This document shows, piece after piece, positions 1 to 5,623 of a stretch of 10,212 nt of DNA. Made by a program: the position numbers and the translations under genes. The stretch spans positions 1 to 10,212 of the forward strand of contig NZ_FUWK01000059.1 in the NCBI RefSeq assembly GCF_900167395.1. Reading direction: 5' to 3'. Every line of letters starts with the position of its first letter. Position 1 is the stretch's first letter. Source of the DNA: Nitrosomonas europaea. GTDB taxonomy: Bacteria > Pseudomonadota > Gammaproteobacteria > Burkholderiales > Nitrosomonadaceae. The notes below the pieces were generated by a model. It did no database searches. It saw only the letters and a program-made list of their open reading frames with translations, and was not told where the DNA came from.

Positions 1-1
1 A

Positions 2-406
2 TCGATTGTCATTACAGATGCTAACTATGACGTACCGGGACGTGCACTGCGTGTCACCATGGAAGTAACCAATAATGGCGACATACCTGTCACATTTGGT
101 GAGTTCACCACGGCAGGCATACGTTTCATCAACTCTACTGGCCGTAAATACTTGGATCCTCAGTATCCTCGTGAACTGATCGCTGTCGGTTTGAATTTCG
201 ACGATGAAAGCGCAATTCAACCTGGTCAGACCAAGGAACTGAAAATGGAAGCCAAAGATGCATTGTGGGAAATCCAACGTCTGATGGCGTTGCTGGGTGA
301 CCCGGAAAGCCGTTTTGGTGGATTATTGATGTCTTGGGATGCAGAAGGTAATCGCCATATCAACAGTATTGCTGGTCCGGTGATTCCTGTCTTCACCAAA
401 CTCTGA
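2..406 (+). CDS. amoB: Ammonia monooxygenase subunit B, C-terminal part (5' end lies outside the window)
   Basis: The frame is open from the window edge (codons phased from nt 2) to TGA 404-406. The translation [43 protein letters not shown]...[32 protein letters not shown] is colinear with the C-terminal cupredoxin domain of PmoB/AmoB. From memory, M. capsulatus PmoB reads YRVPGRAMRM..ITNHG..GEFYTA..RFL...DPDSRFAGLLFFFDATGNR..APLIPSF. The AMO assignment, rather than pMMO, rests on the downstream amoE-amoD-copCD synteny. Confidence 0.93.
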   Translation, partial: SIVITDANYDVPGRALRVTMEVTNNGDIPVTFGEFTTAGIRFINSTGRKYLDPQYPRELIAVGLNFDDESAIQPGQTKELKMEAKDALWEIQRLMALLGDPESRFGGLLMSWDAEGNRHINSIAGPVIPVFTKL

Positions 407-441
407 TAAACAGTACTGAGTACTGAGTATCAGTTGAAAGA

Positions 442-487
442 TACCGGTACATCACTGTCGTAAGGCAGAGGTGTACCGGTTTTTATT
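442..487 (+). terminator. Rho-independent terminator downstream of amoB
   Basis: A perfect 9-bp stem pairs ACCGGTACA (443-451) with TGTACCGGT (472-480). An inner helix 455-459/464-468 closes a GTAA (GNRA-type) tetraloop at 460-463. A T-run follows directly (TTTTTATT, 480-487). It lies 36 nt after the amoB stop codon. Confidence 0.75.
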
Positions 488-569
488 ACACAGTCTTGGT
501 TTTGAACGAAGCATCAATTAGCCTGTCGAATTTAGTATTGCGGATACTGAATTGAAAGGGATTGTAAAA

Positions 570-1205
570 ATGAGAAGAGAGAGTTTGCTGAAAAAGCATG
601 AAGGTGTTGTAAAAAGTACTGGGGGGGGTGTCGTGTTGAAGCAATCCCTGTACTCGATTGTTACAGCATTTGTTTTCGTAATTCTGTGTTCCGCAAGTAC
701 AGTCTGGGGACATGGTCGTGTATCTCTGGAAGAAGATAACTGTGTGCGTCAGGTAGGCGAGAATATGGTGCACTTAAATACCTATCAGCCTCAATATGAT
801 CAGGCGGGGCATTATTGTACAGAGATTCCGGCGGCGGGAGATACTTACCTGGTGGTAGATCTGATTGATCCAGCCTTACGCAACATGCCAGTGAGCATGA
901 AAGTATTCAGGGGTGAAGAAAAGGGAGGGGAAGCGATTCTTCAGGTAAAAGCCGATTATCACCCTGATGGTGTCATCAATGGAATAGGTAAACTGGACAA
1001 GGGGTTATATTCGGTAATGGTGACCGCAGAAGGTGTTCCCCCACTGAATTATTATTACCAGCTTCGGGTTGAAATGGTTGATTATGGCAAGCTGGTACGT
1101 ACCTGGGCAGGTCCGGCAGTCGCAATACTGTTTTTGGGCTGGTTGATGTATAAACTGGTGCAATCTGGTCGATTGAGAAGCTGGTTCAAATCTCAGGATG
1201 ATTAA
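570..1205 (+). CDS. amoE: AmoE (orf4), a membrane-anchored periplasmic AmoD/PmoD-family putative copper protein
   Basis: The ORF ends at TAA 1203-1205. ATG 570 is preceded by AAGGG (555-559). The TTG 552 start used by the ORF track is less likely. In-frame GTG 633 or TTG 636, just after a G8 run (621-628), would give a more canonical signal peptide (KQSLYSIVTAFVFVILCSASTVWG|HG). There is a C-terminal TM helix (WAGPAVAILFLGWLMYKLV). The mature N-terminus is 25/59 identical, ungapped, to the next ORF. Being the first ORF after amoB, and a paralog of the second, fits orf4/amoE of betaproteobacterial ammonia oxidisers. Confidence 0.85.
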   Translation: MRRESLLKKHEGVVKSTGGGVVLKQSLYSIVTAFVFVILCSASTVWGHGRVSLEEDNCVRQVGENMVHLNTYQPQYDQAGHYCTEIPAAGDTYLVVDLIDPALRNMPVSMKVFRGEEKGGEAILQVKADYHPDGVINGIGKLDKGLYSVMVTAEGVPPLNYYYQLRVEMVDYGKLVRTWAGPAVAILFLGWLMYKLVQSGRLRSWFKSQDD

Positions 1206-1271
1206 ACTGGATCATCCTGCGTTAGCGATGTGATTCACAACAAGAAAATCAAGGAGAGGGAGGATGGTTAA

Positions 1272-1844
1272 ATGGTAAAAGGGTGGACAATGACAAGTAT
1301 CAAGTGGCTTGGAGGGGTACTGCTGGGAATGGTCTGTTCAATCCAGGTGCAAGCACATGGTGGGTTATCATTGGCGGAAGATATGTGTAAGCTGACCATT
1401 GGTCCTTATACCATGCACTTTACGGGTTATCAGCCTGAAAGCACACAGGAAAAAGAATTCTGTGAAGACATACCGAATATTGGCCGGACAATTGTAGCGC
1501 TGGACTACATAGATGAGGCGTTACGTACGATGACGACAGAAGTGCGGATTATTCGTGATACAGGAGCTGAACCGGGTTCAGAAGGAAATCTTGATGAGCT
1601 TACTGTTTTTCATTCACCACCAAAGGTATATATGAATGGATCGGTAACTTTTGAACACGATTTTCCTGCGGAAGGGAAGTTCGTGGGACTGGTGACGATC
1701 AGAGACAATGGTACCGAGCATATTTCCCGTTTTCCATTTGCTGTAGGCACTGGAGGTAAGCCTGATATGCTGTATATCCTCGGAGCATTAGCCCTTGCAG
1801 CAGGTGCCGGCATCTTCTTCTTCAAAAAGAAACAAAACCCTTGA
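1272..1844 (+). CDS. amoD: AmoD (orf5), a membrane-anchored periplasmic AmoD/PmoD-family putative copper protein
   Basis: ATG 1272 lies 7 nt after a strong SD (AAGGAGAGGGAGGA, 1251-1264). ATG 1290 (MTSIKWLGG..) is an alternative start. The signal peptide is ..MVCSIQVQA|HGG, and the C-terminal TM helix MLYILGALALAAGAGIFFF is followed by KKK. It shares this motif string with AmoE: HG-x2-SL-x-ED-x-C, H-x3-YQP, C-x-[ED]-IP-x2-G, D-x-ID-x-ALR-x-M. Confidence 0.87.
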   Translation: MVKGWTMTSIKWLGGVLLGMVCSIQVQAHGGLSLAEDMCKLTIGPYTMHFTGYQPESTQEKEFCEDIPNIGRTIVALDYIDEALRTMTTEVRIIRDTGAEPGSEGNLDELTVFHSPPKVYMNGSVTFEHDFPAEGKFVGLVTIRDNGTEHISRFPFAVGTGGKPDMLYILGALALAAGAGIFFFKKKQNP

Positions 1845-1937
1845 GGATAAAGCATCTCACACAATATTGCATAACACTATTTAAGTAAGTATCAATGTTC
1901 TTGTATATTTATTTTTAAATATTAGAAGGGTAATAAG

Positions 1938-2360
1938 ATGAAAAGAGAAAGTTTTGTTGAGTTGTTCATAGAAAAAATTGTAACAAAGGTGAAGATAAGC
2001 AGTTTTGTAATGGGATTAATTTCTTTAGTTTTATTGTCAAGTTCAAATGTAGTGTTTGCACATGCTGCTCTAACAAAAGCTGAGCCAGCACGTCGAGCAG
2101 TTCTTACTGCTTCCCCAAAACAAGTTAGGTTATGGTTTAACGAAGAAATTGAAGCCGACTATGCATCTTTGTCACTGCATGATGCAAATGGTAAGGCACT
2201 CACTGAAAAAAAACCTTTAGTTCATCCTGATGATGCTAAATCGATTTACCTTGAATTGCCCGAGCTGATTGGTGGTCAATATACGGTCAAGTTTCGTGTT
2301 TTGTCTGTAGACGGCCATGTAGTAGATTCAGAATATAAATTTACAGTTAAAAATAAGTAA
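1938..2360 (+). CDS. copC: CopC-family periplasmic copper-binding protein with the Cu(II) site only
   Basis: ATG 1938 lies 7 nt after AGAAGGG (1924-1930). The signal peptide ends ..SSSNVVFA|HAALTKAEP, so the mature protein starts with His (codon 2061-2063). A D-G-H motif sits near the C-terminus (2310-2318, ..RVLSVDGHVVD). The overall pattern H-x2-L..P....L.F......S.L.L.D..G......YTV.(F/W)RV.S.DGH is typical of CopC. The mature sequence contains no methionine, so the Met-rich Cu(I) site of classical CopC is absent. Confidence 0.9.
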   Translation: MKRESFVELFIEKIVTKVKISSFVMGLISLVLLSSSNVVFAHAALTKAEPARRAVLTASPKQVRLWFNEEIEADYASLSLHDANGKALTEKKPLVHPDDAKSIYLELPELIGGQYTVKFRVLSVDGHVVDSEYKFTVKNK

Positions 2361-2378
2361 CAAAATAAAAAATAAGTA

Positions 2379-4526
2379 ATGGAAATCGTTGCGATATTAG
2401 CTAGATGGTCACAGCTTGTTGCCAATCTAGTATTACTTGGAAGTTGTCTTTATCTAGCCATAGCAGGTACCAGGCGAGAGTTATTCGATAATGCGTGGGT
2501 CATACGTTTGGAGAAATTATTCCCTGTATTGACTGCTATAGTTTTAGTTGGGCTTATTGGAGTTCTGGCTACGACTACAGGTAAAGCAACCGGAATTGAG
2601 TCCAATACTTGGAAGCTTGATGCATGGATTGAGATTGTCAGGCATACCAATATGGGACATATGTGGGCATTACGTGCTATTTCTGCCCTATTTTTGATGG
2701 CTGTTTCAGTATTCATATACGTGAAACGTGAACGGGCCAGATGGCATTACGTTATGGGAGCTTGCATAGCATCCTTGCCCTTGGTAGCTTCGGCGATGGT
2801 GAGCCATGCGGGTGCAGATGAAAATTTCATGGTGTATGTGCCTATTTATGCAATTCATATCCTGATGGCCGGAGCATGGTTTGGTGCACTTCCGGCATTT
2901 CTATTAATCGTTTTCGATCGACACAATTGTGATGCTAAAGGCATACAGCTCGTATTGAACGTAGACAGCCTGAAAAGATTTTCGGTCATTGCGCTGCCCA
3001 TCATGGTTGCAATAGTACTAACTGGCCTGATTCTAACGGATCGGATGGTGGAAGAAGATTATCATGCATTGGTAGCTAGTACTTATGGTTGGGCTCTGGT
3101 TACGAAAATCGCTTTGTTGATAGCAATATTGTTTATAGCGTACCAGGCGCGTTCAAAGTGGTTGCCGTCATTTGAGCGTGTATGTGATTCTATAGACCGT
3201 TCCAGTCTGGATAAAGAAGAGAAAATTAATCAATCTTTCTTCTCTAAGTGGGTGCATAAAACTACTCAGGTTGAGAACTACGGTTGTGCGGAGGAAGGTG
3301 CCCCAGATTCTGGAGTAGCTAGATTGCGTAAATGGGTTCGAGTTGAATTTGTATTGGCGTTGCTTCTTGTACTATTTGCAACAATACTTTCCAACTCAGT
3401 GCCCGCCAAGCATGCAATGGTGGAAAATTGGCCATATCCATTCCGTTTTACTATTGATGGATCGATAGGTGCAGGAGCATGGAATGATCCAACAGTTCAA
3501 TTCTTCTTGGGGTTAGGAGTAGTTTTACTTGTTGCCGCATTTGGTCTATTTTGGTTGGGTAAAAAGAAGGATTGGAATTTTAGAAAACGTGCTTTGGTTA
3601 CAAGCGTATTAGTAGTTAGTGGTATCGCTGCGATTTTGCCACAATTTGCAGTTGTTGCTTATCCTGAGACGTATCGTAATACACCTGTTCCATTTGATGC
3701 TATTTCAATTTCGAATGGTTCGGTGCATTTTTCAGAATTTTGCACCAGTTGTCATGGTCCTCAAGGGAAAGGTAACGGTATATTAGCTAAAACTTTGTCA
3801 ATGCCACCTGCAGATTTGCTGACAGAACCGCATACCGCGAGACATACTGCCGGTGATTTTTTTCACTGGTTAGGGTATGGTATTGAAAATACAGGGATGC
3901 CTGGCTTTATAAATAGTTTGTCTGAAGAGGATCGATGGGATACGGTCAACTACATTCATGCAATGTCACGTGGCTACCAGGCGAGACTACTGGGTCCTGC
4001 AGTTATACCGGATAAACCTTCTATGGGTCCACCGGTTTTTCAGTTCACTGCTTATGATGGCACTACTGGCACACTCAAAGATTTTCGACAAACAGCAAAT
4101 GTATTGTTGGTATTTTTTAGCTGGCCAAATTCATTGGATAGATTAAAGGAGTTAAGCGAAAGCTATGAGAAGCTGAGAAGCCTAAAGACAGTTGTACTCG
4201 CCGTTCCTTTGGATGGGTATAGCGAGGCAGCGGTAGCTGGCTTTGCTGCTGATACCCCACTTGAAGTAGTAAGAGATGGATGGTTTGAAGTAAAAAACAG
4301 CTATATCCTTTACAGGCGTACTCTCAAATATCCCGATATCTTGGGTTCAGGTAATATTCCCGATCATATGGAGTTTTTAGTCGATCGTTTTGGATATTTG
4401 CGTGCCCGCTGGATACCATCCTTGGATCAGTCTGGCTGGAGTGATTTAAACTTGCTTACCAGTCAACTTTTGCAACTTAATCAGGAAAAGGAGATATTGC
4501 CACCACCGCGAGATCATGTACATTAA
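2379..4526 (+). CDS. copD: CopD-family inner-membrane copper transport protein fused to a class I c-type cytochrome domain and a C-terminal thioredoxin-fold domain without cysteines
   Basis: A single uninterrupted 715-codon ORF starts 18 nt after copC. Residues 1-440 contain about 10 hydrophobic helices with a CopD-like N-terminus (ILARWSQLVANLVLLGS..). A heme c motif C455-T-S-C-H459 lies at nt 3741-3755, with a GMPGF distal-Met motif (M507, nt 3897-3899) and LSEEDRWDTVNYI, as in class I cytochromes c. Residues about 551-715 follow the AhpC/TlpA/Sco-like beta-alpha-beta pattern (TLKDFRQTANVLLVFFSWPNSLDRLKEL...TVVLAVPLDG...MEFLVDRFGYLRARW). The redox motif position reads SWPNS (nt 4119-4133) and has no cysteine. 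No clear SD precedes ATG 2379, so translational coupling to copC is possible. Confidence 0.88.
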   Translation: MEIVAILARWSQLVANLVLLGSCLYLAIAGTRRELFDNAWVIRLEKLFPVLTAIVLVGLIGVLATTTGKATGIESNTWKLDAWIEIVRHTNMGHMWALRAISALFLMAVSVFIYVKRERARWHYVMGACIASLPLVASAMVSHAGADENFMVYVPIYAIHILMAGAWFGALPAFLLIVFDRHNCDAKGIQLVLNVDSLKRFSVIALPIMVAIVLTGLILTDRMVEEDYHALVASTYGWALVTKIALLIAILFIAYQARSKWLPSFERVCDSIDRSSLDKEEKINQSFFSKWVHKTTQVENYGCAEEGAPDSGVARLRKWVRVEFVLALLLVLFATILSNSVPAKHAMVENWPYPFRFTIDGSIGAGAWNDPTVQFFLGLGVVLLVAAFGLFWLGKKKDWNFRKRALVTSVLVVSGIAAILPQFAVVAYPETYRNTPVPFDAISISNGSVHFSEFCTSCHGPQGKGNGILAKTLSMPPADLLTEPHTARHTAGDFFHWLGYGIENTGMPGFINSLSEEDRWDTVNYIHAMSRGYQARLLGPAVIPDKPSMGPPVFQFTAYDGTTGTLKDFRQTANVLLVFFSWPNSLDRLKELSESYEKLRSLKTVVLAVPLDGYSEAAVAGFAADTPLEVVRDGWFEVKNSYILYRRTLKYPDILGSGNIPDHMEFLVDRFGYLRARWIPSLDQSGWSDLNLLTSQLLQLNQEKEILPPPRDHVH

Positions 4527-4641
4527 TTCTGTCCAAAGAAACTGAGAAGACAGCCTAAAGTAATCGTTAAGAGTAAGAAGTTTTATAATAAATTTATGAA
4601 GCTTGTTAAGTAGTTTTTAACCAGTGATAGGGAGAACAGTA

Positions 4642-5199
4642 ATGAAAAAATATCTGACGGGTGTGGTTCTTTTTGGATTGCTAACTTTATTTACAGGGTC
4701 GACTTGGGCACATTCAGATGAACAATTGGATGGGGTGGCTGCTCCACATGGCGGACAATTAAGAATGGCAGGTCCGTATCATTTGGAACTGGTTGCCAAG
4801 GATGGTGAATTACGTTTATATGTAACGGATCACATGGATCATGAGGTTCTTACTAAAGGTGGATCAGGTAAGGCAAATGTTTTTGATAAAGATGGGAAAA
4901 AGGTATCGGTAACATTGATACCGGTTTTTGCAAATTTCATGAAAGGGACGGGAGAGTTTACAATTACACCGGAAACCGTAGTTTCCGTATTTGTAGTATT
5001 GGATGGGGCAGAGACACAAGCTGCTCGTTTTACTCCGTTGAAGAAAGCTTCTGCTAAGGCTGAAGATGAAGAAGAGCACCACCATGGAGATGCTGATCAA
5101 GGTGAGCACCATCATCACGGAGATGTTGAACACGAACAACAACCTACTGATCAAAGTGATGCCGCAGAAAGTGAAGAAAATGAAGAGCATCATCACTAG
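4642..5199 (+). CDS. Secreted protein of unknown family with an acidic, histidine-rich C-terminal tail (putative periplasmic metal-binding protein)
   Basis: ATG 4642 lies 6 nt after AGGGAGA (4629-4635). The GTG 4624 start used by the ORF track is less likely. The signal peptide is MKKYLTGVVLFGLLTLFTGSTWA|HSDEQ. The core looks beta-rich (APHGGQLRMAGPYHLELVAKDGELRLYVTDH..). The tail at nt 5062-5196 reads EDEEEHHHGDADQGEHHHHGDVEHEQQPTDQSDAAESEENEEHHH and ends in HHH at the C-terminus. A terminator follows the gene. I cannot name the family from memory. Confidence 0.78.
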   Translation: MKKYLTGVVLFGLLTLFTGSTWAHSDEQLDGVAAPHGGQLRMAGPYHLELVAKDGELRLYVTDHMDHEVLTKGGSGKANVFDKDGKKVSVTLIPVFANFMKGTGEFTITPETVVSVFVVLDGAETQAARFTPLKKASAKAEDEEEHHHGDADQGEHHHHGDVEHEQQPTDQSDAAESEENEEHHH

Positions 5200-5259
5200 T
5201 ACTGATTCCTTGTAAGCCAATTTTACGTAAATCGTGTATATGGCTGAAAATAGGTGTAG

Positions 5260-5296
5260 AAAGGATAGTTTAGATGTTTTAGACTATCCTTTTTTA
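5260..5296 (+). terminator. Rho-independent terminator closing the amoED-copCD-His-rich gene string
   Basis: A perfect 10-bp stem pairs AAAGGATAGT (5260-5269) with ACTATCCTTT (5283-5292), with a 13-nt loop. It runs into TTTTTT (5290-5295). It lies 60 nt after the stop codon at 5197-5199. Confidence 0.8.
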
Positions 5297-5623
5297 TATG
5301 AGGGGATGAGTAGTCAGGTATCGGCTTGATTGAATTTTTGGCTCATAATCATCCATCTCGAACAATTTCGGGATTATTCCTGAGGTAAACGGTTCTGTAA
5401 GCCGGGGGTTTACGGAGTGAGTCGTTTACCAGTAACATTCTTGGGTTATAGAGTTTTCACAGCAACAGTCAGCGGTAACCAATCGAATCGTATTGTATCC
5501 ATACACCATCTCTGCCCCTCCACCAGGAAATTTCGGTAGCAATGAGCCTACTCTGTATAACTAAAGATGATACGACAATCAAAGTGTCGTCGTTAGACGT
5601 ATCTCATTAGCACGTTCGATTGT

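Noticed and set aside
552-569. TTG 552 (amoE) and GTG 4624 (His-rich protein), the longest-ORF start codons given in the track
   Set aside because: The downstream ATGs (570 and 4642) have better-placed SD sequences. For 4642 the result is a canonical signal peptide that starts MKK.
486-773. 95-aa minus-strand ORF overlapping the amoB terminator and the amoE 5' end
   Set aside because: It is antisense to a well-supported gene, runs through a terminator hairpin, and has no SD. The sequence is Cys/Thr/Phe-rich with no recognisable motif, so it is probably a frame artefact.
4584-4589. Perfect TATAAT hexamer upstream of the His-rich gene as an internal promoter
   Set aside because: No acceptable -35 element lies at 16-18 nt spacing (TAATCG, AATCGT or GTAATC) and there is no extended -10 TG. 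An AT-rich spacer can produce this hexamer by chance. It is kept only as a possibility.
5062-5199. The C-terminal HHH and HHHH runs as an engineered affinity tag or cloning artefact
   Set aside because: The histidines are interspersed with Asp/Glu/Gly in a 45-residue native-looking acidic tail, there is no uninterrupted 6xHis, and no vector-like flanks are present. A natural terminator follows.
4864-5220. 118-aa minus-strand ORF with hydrophobic, membrane-like sequence
   Set aside because: It is exactly antisense to the His/Glu/Asp-rich tail of the + strand gene. The apparent hydrophobicity (F, L, I, V, M runs) is the complement of GAA/GAT/CAT-rich codons. It has no independent start signals.
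5606-5623. GTTCGAT T-loop-like motif that might indicate a tRNA just upstream of the ldt gene
   Set aside because: The preceding 75 nt cannot be folded into an acceptor, D or anticodon arm.
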